Positions 8,440-18,800 of a stretch of DNA of 64,000 nucleotides are shown piece after piece. This DNA comes from a virus. Location of the stretch: positions 1 to 64,000 of IMG/VR virus record IMGVR_UViG_3300011187_000003; one strand, written 5' to 3'. Made by a program: the position numbers and the translations under genes. The notes under the pieces were generated by a model. The model made no database searches. It worked only from the letters and a program-made list of their open reading frames with translations, and had not been told where the DNA came from. The first letter of the stretch is position 1. Each line of letters begins with the position of its first letter.

Positions 8440-8877
8440 ATGAGCGACTCCAACAAAAATAGTGAAGAGCTAGGTGGAATCAAAACAAATATTACACAAC
8501 TAAAGAAAAGAGTGGAAAAACTGGAGAATAGAATAAAGGAACTAGAAAGGAAGTTTAATAACTTAGATAAGTCACACTCTAGGTTAGAGACACTAACCTC
8601 AAATCTTTCAAGTAAGATTGGCAGTTTTGACGACAAGCTAGATAACATTGTCAAAGAGATTGAAAATTTGAATAAGCAGTTGGCTGTTAACTCCACAAGG
8701 CAAAATATAGAGAGAGAACAGCGCAACCAAGAGAGAGAGAGCAATAAACTTACAGACCAACTGCTTGATAAGAGGAATCGTACAATATTAATCCTTGTAG
8801 TGGGGTTAGTGTCAGCACTATTGATTAGTTTAGGAATGAATGTCAAAGATGTTGTTGAATTATTTAGTATTATCTAA
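8440..8877 (+). CDS. Coiled-coil protein with C-terminal TM (XhlA-like lysis protein)
   Basis: Heptad repeats then ILILVVGLVSALLISLG; inside the lysis cassette. Confidence 0.6.
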   Translation: MSDSNKNSEELGGIKTNITQLKKRVEKLENRIKELERKFNNLDKSHSRLETLTSNLSSKIGSFDDKLDNIVKEIENLNKQLAVNSTRQNIEREQRNQERESNKLTDQLLDKRNRTILILVVGLVSALLISLGMNVKDVVELFSII

Positions 8878-8888
8878 GGAGTGATGCA

Positions 8889-9089
8889 ATGGACAAAAAT
8901 GAGAATGGTGTTGCTGACAAAAAAGAAGCCTACATATCTTATGGTATAGCTGGCATAGGTCTTATAATGGCTATCTCAGCGTTTTATATGTATCAAGAGT
9001 TTGGGCTTGCTAAAGATTTTTTTTACGCTTCTGTACTGCTCTCAGGGTTTCGTGATGGGATAGATGGTTTAAAAAAGTTTGTTAAATAG
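8889..9089 (+). CDS. Putative holin
   Basis: 66 aa, hydrophobic segments, basic C-terminus, RBS. Confidence 0.55.
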   Translation: MDKNENGVADKKEAYISYGIAGIGLIMAISAFYMYQEFGLAKDFFYASVLLSGFRDGIDGLKKFVK

Positions 9090-9104
9090 GAAGGGGAAGG
9101 TAAT

Positions 9105-9482
9105 ATGTTAAATAAAATTAAGAAGTATGGCTGGATTGCACTATCTGCAATCTTAGCCATTATCACTTTAGGTAAAATGACACTTAGTCATAAGGTACAA
9201 GAGAAAGAAGAGGAGATTGACGAGATTGAGAAGGCTAAACAAAAAAGTAAAGCTAGAGAAAAAGAGATAGATAAAAAACTTGATAAACTTGACAAAAAGA
9301 AAGAAGATGAAAATCATGATAGAAAATTAAAAAGAATAGATAGAAAGACAAAAAAGCTTGAGGAAGAAGGAAAGAAGTTAAGTGAGACAATATCCCAGCT
9401 GGATAAAGAGGGAGATGATGTTGATGAGCAAGAAGATAATAGCGTTAATACTGATAAGCTTGATGATGCTCTCAATAAGTAG
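9105..9482 (+). CDS. N-terminal TM plus coiled coil (i-spanin-like)
   Basis: WIALSAILAIITLG then charged coiled coil. Confidence 0.55.
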   Translation: MLNKIKKYGWIALSAILAIITLGKMTLSHKVQEKEEEIDEIEKAKQKSKAREKEIDKKLDKLDKKKEDENHDRKLKRIDRKTKKLEEEGKKLSETISQLDKEGDDVDEQEDNSVNTDKLDDALNK

Positions 9483-9873
9483 TCCAGTACTGGCCTACTA
9501 CAAGAATGATAATGGTGAGCTAGTCTTTAAACCTGAAGAAGTAAATACCATGCTGGATAAGATAGATAAATCTGAGACTAGGAAGCAAATTATAGACAAA
9601 CAGAAAGAGAAGATATCTAATCTTGAGGAACAGTTAAAACAAAAAGATAAAAAGATAGCAGTCCTAGAAGGTAAGAATCAGGATTTAAATAAAGAAGTTA
9701 ACCTACTAGAGTCAAAGGTGCAAGAGGTAGAGTTCCAGTTAGAGAAGGCAAATGAGCAGTTAAAACTACGAAAAGAGCAAGTTGATACCCTTCAAAAAAG
9801 GGAAAGCTTGTCCTTTACCTCAGAGCTGAAGCTGTTAATCGCTTTAAAAGCCTTTAGTATGGTGGCAAACTAG
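9415..9873 (+). CDS. Signal-peptide coiled-coil protein overlapping the previous gene (spanin partner-like)
   Basis: MSKKIIALILISLMMLSISSPVLA signal, coiled coil, 5' end nested in 9105-9482. Confidence 0.55.
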   Translation: MMLMSKKIIALILISLMMLSISSPVLAYYKNDNGELVFKPEEVNTMLDKIDKSETRKQIIDKQKEKISNLEEQLKQKDKKIAVLEGKNQDLNKEVNLLESKVQEVEFQLEKANEQLKLRKEQVDTLQKRESLSFTSELKLLIALKAFSMVAN

Positions 9874-9880
9874 AATATTT

Positions 9881-9911
9881 AAGGGTATCCTCAACTGGAT
9901 ACCCTTTTTTT
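9881..9911. terminator. Intrinsic terminator between convergent blocks
   Basis: aagggtatcc-tcaact-ggataccctt followed by T-run. Confidence 0.85.
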
Positions 9912-9912
9912 G

Positions 9913-10347
9913 TCAATATGATGTTCTTTTACCTAGATAAAACTCTATAAATATTTTATCATCTTTCATATCTAGTTCAAACTCAGGTAATTTAAACTTA
10001 CCCTCATCTGAGATATTATCTAAATAATCTTTTAAATCAGGTGCAGTAATTTTCTTAGGTTTACCTCCATACTTATCATTCTTCTTTTTTAAAGTAAACA
10101 TAGTACTGTATTCATTTGGTGCATCACATACAGCACAAACTAATTTTTCACTATCTTTATCGAATCCAATCATTATGTGTAGTTTCCCATTATTTTTATC
10201 AAATACATTATCAAACTTAGAGTTAATTTCTTTTAATAAATTTGCAGTAAAATATATTTTAACTTTTCTATCTTGCTCATAGTTGACTGTCAAATAACTG
10301 TCATAACTTCCACCTAACCAATTAATGTTATCTTTATTCCCAATCAT
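9913..10347 (-). CDS. Hypothetical protein, paralogue of 10334-10753
   Basis: Shared KIYF...IG.D pattern; overlapping start/stop. Confidence 0.7.
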   Translation of the reverse strand: MIGNKDNINWLGGSYDSYLTVNYEQDRKVKIYFTANLLKEINSKFDNVFDKNNGKLHIMIGFDKDSEKLVCAVCDAPNEYSTMFTLKKKNDKYGGKPKKITAPDLKDYLDNISDEGKFKLPEFELDMKDDKIFIEFYLGKRTSY

Positions 10348-10753
10348 TTACTATTTCCCCTTTCATATTATCTAATGGTTTGGTAAAGTCTGCATAATAA
10401 GTATTGCCTTCTAACTGTTTAACTTCATATCTTTGCAAATCACCTTTGTTAATTCCTGCAATATTCACAACTTTTCTAGTTATTCTACTAATATTAATTG
10501 TTCCAGTGCCTCCACCATTAGATATTACCAACCTTAATGAATCTATATCATTTACAGTTGTTTCTTTAAAGTACATTCTCTTCTTTATTGCATCAATCCC
10601 TATCTTAATAAATCTATTATTGTTCAATATGTCCCTTACTACTTTAGAATTAAAGTATATTTTTGAATTGTCTCTATTTGCTATACTAACGAATGGAACT
10701 TTAGCCCTTCTATTCCCAATTGACTTTTTGGGTTTAACCCATTCTACACTCAT
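10334..10753 (-). CDS. Hypothetical protein
   Basis: RBS, 139-aa ORF in operon. Confidence 0.7.
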   Translation of the reverse strand: MSVEWVKPKKSIGNRRAKVPFVSIANRDNSKIYFNSKVVRDILNNNRFIKIGIDAIKKRMYFKETTVNDIDSLRLVISNGGGTGTINISRITRKVVNIAGINKGDLQRYEVKQLEGNTYYADFTKPLDNMKGEIVNDWE

Positions 10754-10756
10754 GTT

Positions 10757-11065
10757 TTATTCCCCTTTCCCAAACTCACCTATATTGTCAATAGTTTTGT
10801 TAAGCTCTTCATAGAGGTCTTTATCCTCAGTTTCTTGATAAATCTTAGTCGTACTAATTCTATGCTTAATATCCTGCAATGCCTCATTGTATAGCTGGCC
10901 TGTCTCATGCTTGTATAAAGTTTTAATAGCTCTTCTAACCAACTGAGACTTAGACAAAGACTCTAGTTGTTCCTCAACAAACTCTAACTCCTCTTTCTTC
11001 ATATTATTCTCAGAAAGCCTACCATAGAGCTTAACATGTTTAATCTTATCCCTCATTTTTATCAA
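10757..11065 (-). CDS. ParR-like adaptor (ribbon-helix-helix-like)
   Basis: Small ORF overlapping the 3' end of the actin-like gene; SKSQLVRRAI helix. Confidence 0.55.
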   Translation of the reverse strand: MIKMRDKIKHVKLYGRLSENNMKKEELEFVEEQLESLSKSQLVRRAIKTLYKHETGQLYNEALQDIKHRISTTKIYQETEDKDLYEELNKTIDNIGEFGKGE

Positions 11066-12077
11066 CTCTTTTGTTTTGGTAGACCCCTAATTTATAGTAT
11101 CCTTTTACATTAGATATCTGTGGGTCATCCATAAGGATTACCTCTTTATTAGCCCTGTTAATAAACTTCTTCTTAAGATAACCACCTACAGCCTTAGCAC
11201 CACCACCTGTAAGGATAATCTTATGAACATTATCTAAATAGCGATTCCATTGTGCTAACAACTTAGTGTATATTTCTTCAGCTAACAACTCAAACTGTTT
11301 ATCAGACCTACTCTGAAGGTTCCTGTAAGTCTTTCTACCATACTTAAATTCATCCTCTCCATTTAGATAATGGAATTGAATAATGTTATAGGGTAAACTA
11401 GGGTCAACAGCTTTAAAGGCATCACTTAACCCAACACCAAGTCCTACATCTGTACCTTTAGTTGGCACCATCCCTTTACCTGCAAAAGCATCTACTGTGT
11501 TACCTCCTATATCAACTAGTCCATATCTTTCATTTAGTAACTCATGGTCTTTGATTGCTCCTGAGTAAGTTAAAACTTCATCATAGTATGCTCCAATCCC
11601 CTGTGGAATACACATAACATCATTGATAATGACTTTTCTTTCCTCACCATTTGTTTTGTAGTGAAATACTCTATCTTTATAGAAGTCAATAAATTCTTCT
11701 CTAAACTCATAATAACTTCTTATAGATAAACCACCAACTAACTTACCAATCTCTACACTCTTTTCATTAGAATGTAGTGCAATACCAGCTAATAACTTAG
11801 CAACTTCACTTTCATCTTTAAATTTGTCATACTCAAAATTCCTGTTACCACCTTGTCCATCTTGCTGAATTGCATAGTTACCTAAGAAATACAGCTTATC
11901 ATTATACTGTATTGATATCTTATCAATTGTCAATGAGTTATCCTCATCAATTAAGATATCTCTACTTTGCTTAGGTAGGTAAGAGACAGAGGGGAATATG
12001 ATAGCTTCACTTGATTCTAACATTAGTTTATCACTATCATATCCATTATCCCAACCTATTTGTTCTAAATATTTCAT
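11046..12077 (-). CDS. parM: ParM/StbA-family actin-like ATPase
   Basis: GWDNGYDSDK (phosphate 1), PQG, DIGGNTVD (phosphate 2), ILTGGGA. Confidence 0.88.
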   Translation of the reverse strand: MKYLEQIGWDNGYDSDKLMLESSEAIIFPSVSYLPKQSRDILIDEDNSLTIDKISIQYNDKLYFLGNYAIQQDGQGGNRNFEYDKFKDESEVAKLLAGIALHSNEKSVEIGKLVGGLSIRSYYEFREEFIDFYKDRVFHYKTNGEERKVIINDVMCIPQGIGAYYDEVLTYSGAIKDHELLNERYGLVDIGGNTVDAFAGKGMVPTKGTDVGLGVGLSDAFKAVDPSLPYNIIQFHYLNGEDEFKYGRKTYRNLQSRSDKQFELLAEEIYTKLLAQWNRYLDNVHKIILTGGGAKAVGGYLKKKFINRANKEVILMDDPQISNVKGYYKLGVYQNKRVDKNEG

Positions 12078-12089
12078 TACATCAGCTCC

Positions 12090-12647
12090 TTATAGTTTAT
12101 TATTGTTGTTCTCTTTAGCTCTAGGTAAATACTTAGCATCTTCATATATTACTGCTAAATTAACCACCCCTGAACTTTCACCAAGAAACAAATTAATTAC
12201 TTGTGTATCATTCATCTCCCAACTATAAATGATTTCTACTTCACCAGTTTGAACAGCCCAACCTAAATCATCTTCAAACATAGGATTTGGTACCCAACTC
12301 ATTCTAGTTTCAGATGGCTCACCATATTTGTCTTTAAGTTGAGATATTAGTCTATCCATTTTGTCTATATATACATTAGGGTTAGATGGATTCATATTAA
12401 AAGCGTACATTCCTGATGCAAACTTTTTATCTTGTAGTTTAAATAAAATTGTTACATTTTCTCCTACTAGTGTATCTTTATACAGTAATCCTCCCACCTC
12501 TTCCTCAGTTGGTTGACCTTCCTTGTTCTTTATCTCTTTTGCAGTAGAACCAAACTCTACCCCTCTAAATTTAAGTTCTTCAGCACCAACTACACCAACA
12601 GAAACGAGTAAAAATGTAACCAACAATAAAATAACTAGTTTTTTCAT
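12090..12647 (-). CDS. Exported protein with signal peptide
   Basis: MKKLVILLLVTFLLVSVGVVGA; GGAGG RBS. Confidence 0.8.
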   Translation of the reverse strand: MKKLVILLLVTFLLVSVGVVGAEELKFRGVEFGSTAKEIKNKEGQPTEEEVGGLLYKDTLVGENVTILFKLQDKKFASGMYAFNMNPSNPNVYIDKMDRLISQLKDKYGEPSETRMSWVPNPMFEDDLGWAVQTGEVEIIYSWEMNDTQVINLFLGESSGVVNLAVIYEDAKYLPRAKENNNNKL

Positions 12648-12789
12648 TAATTAGCCTCCTTTTTTGTAATAAGCTGACACTTTGCTTACTATTATACTAA
12701 CATGTATCGCACTTCTTGTCAACGCTTTAGTGTAAAAAAATTAATTTTGTCAACACTTTAATTAAATAATGTTTAAGAGTGCCCTTAAA

Positions 12790-13125
12790 TCAAGCACCAT
12801 GAATGTCACCATCAATTTTGAGTCCTAAGTTGTTTTTGTTGTATGCATACTTACCTTCCTCAGTTAAAAACCTCTCTCTCTTCAGCCCTTCCTCTTTTAC
12901 ATCAACTAATAATTTTGCTTCTAATCTTATTAATGATTTTGCTATTAATGAAGTGGAAACATTAACGTTTCTCTTTTCTACTTCATTTTTGTATGAACTG
13001 TACAAGAAATCCTCAACATCTGTTTTACTTAGTATTTGCATTTCACCTATTAGTTTCATTATCAACTTTTCTCTCTTGTCTAATGTATCAAACATCACAT
13101 CTACGCACTCTTTTGTTAATCTCAT
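12790..13125 (-). CDS. Winged-helix DNA-binding protein
   Basis: SLIRLEAKLLV...LTEEG wing; AAGGAGG RBS. Confidence 0.6.
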   Translation of the reverse strand: MRLTKECVDVMFDTLDKREKLIMKLIGEMQILSKTDVEDFLYSSYKNEVEKRNVNVSTSLIAKSLIRLEAKLLVDVKEEGLKRERFLTEEGKYAYNKNNLGLKIDGDIHGA

Positions 13126-13341
13126 ATAAAAAACCTCCTTTGTTAGTATGTGTATATCTTACCATACTCCAAAGGAGGTGTCAAGTACTATATTAGATTT
13201 TATATCATCTTTAGTTATCTCTTTGTTTTAATCTTCCTGTACAGTTGCTACATTTCATGTCATTTGCTTCTGCAACTTCTTCTGCATATATCATTCTACA
13301 CTTTTCGCACATGTACTTATATCTTGTACTCATAGTGTTTA

Positions 13342-13596
13342 TCACTTCCTTCTAATAATATAAATGTCATGAATACTATGTGTTGTCATAACCCACAGTA
13401 GCCAACTAGAGAATATTGTGAGGAGCACTTTCTTTAAAGCTTCTATAGGTTTTTTTCTATTCTTTTCACTATATATTCCTACATATTCAAGATAATACTC
13501 TTGAAATACCACTGCAAGCACTACAGCAACATTAAACAGTAGTCCTACTATATAAGTATTGAGTAAGACTATTAACAAACTATTTACTAATTGCAT
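13342..13596 (-). CDS. Small membrane protein
   Basis: Two hydrophobic segments, coupled to dUTPase stop. Confidence 0.6.
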   Translation of the reverse strand: MQLVNSLLIVLLNTYIVGLLFNVAVVLAVVFQEYYLEYVGIYSEKNRKKPIEALKKVLLTIFSSWLLWVMTTHSIHDIYIIRRK

Positions 13597-14219
13597 TACT
13601 TACCACTATCTCCAAGTTTCCCTTCTCCTCTTTCACTATCAAATTGATTAATATCCTCAACTTGCTTTACTTCAAGATGTGGAGTTTTAACCAACAACAT
13701 TTGAGCAATAGCTTTATTGTAAGGATACTTTGTTTTAAATTTAGTCTCTTCAACTTCATCTTTAACTTCCTTAGTAATATAGAGTGCTTTATCTCTAGTA
13801 TTTTGAATTGCTACAAATACTTCTCCTCTGTATCCACTATCAACAACACCTGCTCTTACTGCCATACCAATAGTTCCTGTGCTTCCTCTTTCTCTAAATA
13901 AGGATGTATACCCTTGTGGGAAAGCCATTGCAATCTTAGTTGGGATTAACTTAATCTCACCTGCTTTAATCTTCATAAAATCATCTTCAAAGCAAGCATA
14001 TAAATCATACCCACCATCTTCCTCTCTCTTGGTTGGTGTAACAGCTCTAGGGTTTAATAGCTCAACATTTAATTTATCTTCCATTTTACCTTCCTCCTTT
14101 ATAGTTGTGACTGTAATTTCTGTACCAGCTGGTGTTGGGTCTGAATAAATGGTTGGTTCTCTTTGTGGTGGTAATGGGTCATATGGTATTGAACCTTCCT
14201 TAAAATAATTATTATTCAT
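13596..14219 (-). CDS. dut: Trimeric dUTPase (alternative start 14084)
   Basis: GYDL, ERGS, GVVDSGYRGE, IAQ, RGEGKLGDSG motifs. Confidence 0.93.
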   Translation of the reverse strand: MNNNYFKEGSIPYDPLPPQREPTIYSDPTPAGTEITVTTIKEEGKMEDKLNVELLNPRAVTPTKREEDGGYDLYACFEDDFMKIKAGEIKLIPTKIAMAFPQGYTSLFRERGSTGTIGMAVRAGVVDSGYRGEVFVAIQNTRDKALYITKEVKDEVEETKFKTKYPYNKAIAQMLLVKTPHLEVKQVEDINQFDSERGEGKLGDSGK

Positions 14220-14221
14220 AA

Positions 14222-14995
14222 CTACTCCTCCTTGTCCCATTGTTCAGTAATTTTTAACTTGTCAATTTTAAAATAAACCCTTGATATATTTCTCCAGCTT
14301 TTTTTATGTACTACAGTAAGTTTCTTTTTGTTCCTAGCTCCTATGTCCTGAACAGTAGATATTAAGCTATCAACTGTAAAGTCGTCTAAGTCATCTATGC
14401 CATAGTATCTTCTGACAAAATCTAACCTCTTAAACCTTTTGTGACCCATCTCTCCAAAAGTTATTATTAATCCATCTCTTGCCATCTTAATAGCCAAATC
14501 AAAGCAATCAAAAGCACTACCAAAGGGGTCTAGGTCTACTAGGTCATATTTATTATTCTTATAATATAAATAACACAATAAATTATGAGCATCCATATTG
14601 TAATCAGTGTCAAATTTGTCATTTATATCATTGGTAGTTAAATCAACATCATTATATCTATTGTAGTAGGGATTTGATGATGCATAGGCATCTAAGACAC
14701 TGTTAGGATTCAAATACTCCATGAAGTCCCCATTTACTTTATACTTTTTGTCTCTATAGGGTGCATTATAGTTACCATTCTTCTTTAACTCCCTCTTTAG
14801 CTTAATCCTAACTGAAACCTTAGTCCTGTCAACGCTTTGAGCTATTTTTTTATTATTAAACCCTTCTTCCCTTAAGGATTTACACCATTCTAGTTCTTTA
14901 TCAGTCCACCTTCTAGGGTTACTCTTTTTTTCCTGACTTCTTTTCATAATTTTACCTTTAAATTCATCAGGCATCTTTGGTACTGGTTTATCCAA
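14222..14995 (-). CDS. HTH fused to class I SAM methyltransferase with Trm1-like DLDPFGS motif
   Basis: N-terminal WT..E...L...G....IA HTH; VLDAYAS, TNDI, YDLVDLDPFGS. Confidence 0.65.
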   Translation of the reverse strand: MDKPVPKMPDEFKGKIMKRSQEKKSNPRRWTDKELEWCKSLREEGFNNKKIAQSVDRTKVSVRIKLKRELKKNGNYNAPYRDKKYKVNGDFMEYLNPNSVLDAYASSNPYYNRYNDVDLTTNDINDKFDTDYNMDAHNLLCYLYYKNNKYDLVDLDPFGSAFDCFDLAIKMARDGLIITFGEMGHKRFKRLDFVRRYYGIDDLDDFTVDSLISTVQDIGARNKKKLTVVHKKSWRNISRVYFKIDKLKITEQWDKEE

Positions 14996-14996
14996 A

Positions 14997-15179
14997 CTAT
15001 CCCTCCTTTACTTTAACAAATAATCCACAGTGACATTCGCCAGTCTCAATGAAATCACCACAAGGGCAGATGGTGTCCCTGCTTTGCTCAAGCTTACAGG
15101 GACAATGACCATCCTTCTTATCTAACCCCTCTCTTAGAGTCTCTAAGAGGTCTTTGTCGTCAGTTAATTTAAACATCAT
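14997..15179 (-). CDS. Ferredoxin:thioredoxin reductase catalytic subunit-like protein
   Basis: CPC...CPC...CHCGLF signature. Confidence 0.85.
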   Translation of the reverse strand: MMFKLTDDKDLLETLREGLDKKDGHCPCKLEQSRDTICPCGDFIETGECHCGLFVKVKEG

Positions 15180-15327
15180 TATATTGACTGGTATACATTC
15201 TCAACTACTTCTTGAATAGCTTCTTGTAGTTCAGCACGCTGTACACCTTTCTCCTTCTTTGAAACTTTCTTATCGTTTGTCTTGTTCTTAATAGCTAATT
15301 TAATTTCATATACCTGTGGTTCTTCCA

Positions 15328-15573
15328 TTATTTATCTTCCTCCCCTATAATATCCTGCATTTTACCCTTCATATTCTTATATTTACTAGTTCTTTCTGAA
15401 AGAGTTTGAGCAGTTTGTTCTAACTCTTTTTTGCGCTCATTGATTTCCTCAACAGTTTCCTCATTCTCTTCAATTTGATTATCCAGCTTACCAATAACTC
15501 CCTTGATTTCCTGAAAAACACTATCCTGTCTAACAACTTTCTTGAACTTCTTAAGAGGGTCAAATAATCTCAC
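15328..15573 (-). CDS. Coiled-coil hypothetical protein
   Basis: ORF in tightly packed operon. Confidence 0.65.
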   Translation of the reverse strand: MRLFDPLKKFKKVVRQDSVFQEIKGVIGKLDNQIEENEETVEEINERKKELEQTAQTLSERTSKYKNMKGKMQDIIGEEDK

Positions 15574-15812
15574 TAATTATCATCTCCTTGTAATTTTTTA
15601 ATTATGTAATCATAGCCTTCTCTTTGGTGTGGGAGGTTGCAGTCACTACAGTCCTTAGTGCCATCTTCTAAAATGGTGTAGTTGCCACCACAGTCATCTA
15701 ATTCATATAAGGGGCAGAAGCAAAAAAGGCAACTAAACCCCTCTTCTGCTACCCCTTCATGGCAAGGTAAAAATTCACAGCTTTTATTCTGACAAAATTT
15801 GTAGTTATCCAT
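15573..15812 (-). CDS. Cysteine-rich small domain (zf-like) protein
   Basis: N..CEFLPCH...CLFCFCPLY...C...DCSDC..PH. Confidence 0.8.
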   Translation of the reverse strand: MDNYKFCQNKSCEFLPCHEGVAEEGFSCLFCFCPLYELDDCGGNYTILEDGTKDCSDCNLPHQREGYDYIIKKLQGDDN

Positions 15813-15834
15813 ACTTAAAGCATCCTTTTATATA

Positions 15835-18800
15835 CTATATTGAACAAACACTAAATCCACATGATTTACATTCTTGACAGCCACCAGTATTGACTAGCTC
15901 ACCTTTACAATCAGGGCAAATACCCTGTTCAATTAAATCAGCATCATTTAGCTCTACTTTATTCTCACTATTATCATCACCACTACTTAGTATTCCTGAC
16001 CTTGCACAACCATCTCTATAGACTGTAATACCTTTTAAGTCTTTTTGCCAAGCATATTTGTAAACATCCTTAATCTCATCAACAGTTGTGCTATTATCTA
16101 AGTTAATGGTACTACTAATACTTGCATCTATGTACTTTTGCCACACTGACTGCATGTTAATTCTTTGCTTATAGTCTAAGTCGTGAGCAGTTACAAAAAT
16201 TTCAGGTAGGTCATCTTTATTATAAACACTCATTTCTTCCATATACTCTTCAACAATAGGAGTAAACACTTCATACTCTACATCTTCATCATAGAGCGTT
16301 TGAGTAGTCCTTGTGTAGCTTAAGTCAAATATAGGCTCTATACCACCACTAATTCCTAGCATGCTTGAAATACTTCCTGTAGGAGCTATAGTAAGCAATT
16401 GAGAGTTCCTTAGCCCATATTTTTTAATCTTATCTATAGTTTCAGGTGTACCAACTGAATTTAAGTAATCACTTTTTAAAACATCCTCACTATATTCAGG
16501 GTATGTAGCCTGTTCTTTTGCTAATTCTGCTGATGTTTTTAGTGCAGTATTTGCCATTTTGCTAGCAATAGAATCGTTGATATCTAGTGATTCTTCACTA
16601 CCATATTCAACATTTAACTTAATCAGCATATCTGCAATACCCATAACACCTAGTCCTATCTGCCTCCACTTATCTACACTATCTCTTTGTTCTTGCAGTG
16701 GATGGAGTGGCACACCTTCATCTAAGACCTCATTAAGGAATTTAACACCATCCTCAACAACCTCTTCAAACTTATCAAAGTTAAAGTAAGCCTCATCTGT
16801 AAATGGCTTCTCAACAAACTCTGAGAGGTTTAAGCTACTCAATAGACAACTACCACCAGCTGGTAATGGCTCTTCAGCGCAGTTATGTACAGTAGCACCC
16901 TCAACAACCCCCCAATGGGTTTTTGGCTCACTGAAATCAAATACCTCTTCTTTTTCTAACTTTTTAACACTTGTGACATATGGGGCTGTCTTTTGTATAA
17001 ACCTTATTAGCTTATCTTCTTTATACTTCTGAACAAAACCAATTTCTTCTAAAAACCTAACTTTGTCATCATGTTGCCTAAGATTTAAGTCATAGCTCTG
17101 CTTGCAGGTACATTCACCATTGTCAAACTCAGCATTAGTTGGCTTGACAGTGGTTGTTATATAAGGACTAAACCCTTGCTTTTCTAAAAATTCATAAACT
17201 TCTTTAACAAGCCCTTTTGATGTTGATTTTAAGGTGACTCTTCCATTGTAAATAGAACCAATTACAGAACCATTAGCACTATATAAACCTCTTATGAAAC
17301 TTAACTTACTAGTTTTATCCCAAACATTAAAGGTAGTTGGTAAGGTTCTTTTTGGTAAAGGTTTAGTTGAAAACCCAAGTGTGTCAATAATATCGTTAAA
17401 CTCATTAATATAATAAGTATAATTATCACTATAAACATCATCTTCACTAACTCCAAACAGCTCTAATAAATCATTATCATTCTCCCCAATATGAACATCA
17501 ATACCTTTATGCTCATCACTATTGACTCTTCCTAAGCTGGCATCACCTTGCATAAAGCCTAACTTTGTGAACTGGCTATTGTACATAGTGTTTTTGCCAA
17601 CATATGGCATAGTTCTTTTACCTTTCATATATTGTGCCTCTACTTGTTTACCTTCATTTGTCATAAAGACATGGTCAGGAGTGCATTTTATAGACTTCTT
17701 GTTATAGAAATTAACTTCTACAATATCTTTAAACCCATTAGACCAAACATTTCCACTAGTCACTTTGCCATCTTTATTTACCACATTAACTCTAGTGTTC
17801 AGTTTGGCTAACTCATCAAACCTTTTGTAGCCATCTTGAGTTAATAGCTCCATATCACCTGTAAAACAGGGGTTAACTCCAGAATACTCAAACCCATCTT
17901 CCTCTGAAAGCAAATTATAGTTTTCAATATTATCCCAAAACAAAAATCCAGGTTCTGCCATATTCCAATTAGAATAAGCAATCTTATTAAATACCCTTCT
18001 TGCATTTACTTCTCTCTTTATCTCTTCACCAGTATCATCTACATAGAAATAAAGCTCATGCTCCTCATCATTTGCAACAGCTTCCATAAAATCATCAGTG
18101 ATTTTTAGTGATATATTAGCCTTAGTTACTGCCTCAAGGTCATTCTTGATATCAATAAACTCTTCAATATCAGGATGGTTAATATCAAGGCTAATCATTA
18201 AGGCTCCACGCCTTCCACGCTGGCCTATGATGTTAGTAGTTAAGGAGTATAGTGGCATAAATGAAACTGCTCCACTAGTCTTTCTAGCACCATTATTAAC
18301 TATAGAATCTTTAGGTCTTAAATTGCTGATGTCAACACCAGCTCCACCACCATATGAGAATGTTCTTGCTAATTTTTTAGATACATCAAAAATAGATTCA
18401 ATGCTATCTTTAGGTGGAGTAATAACATAACAATTAGAATATGTAACCTTCTTACCACGCTTCTGTAGACCTCTATTGGCAAGGATTCTACCAGCTGGCA
18501 TGAAGTATTGGTCTTTAATATGTTTTTTAACCTTATTATTTCCTTCAGTTATTCTATTTAAAAATTCATCTAGGCTTTCACCATCTATTCTATACTTTCT
18601 TTCAAAGATTGACATTGGTAACTCACCAGTAAGCCAACTCTCACTGCGCTTTTTAGCTCTTTCTTGACGATAAATTATGTATCTCTTAGCTGTTTTTATG
18701 TAGCTGAACAACATTAATTTCTCCTCTACAATATCTTGAATTTGCTCTACATTTGGTAGGTTAGTCTCACTAAAGTTATCAACTAATACTTCTTCAATAG

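Noticed and set aside
12700-12765. ttgtcaac.cttta direct repeat as parC centromere
   Set aside because: Only two copies and they coincide with probable -35 boxes; insufficient support
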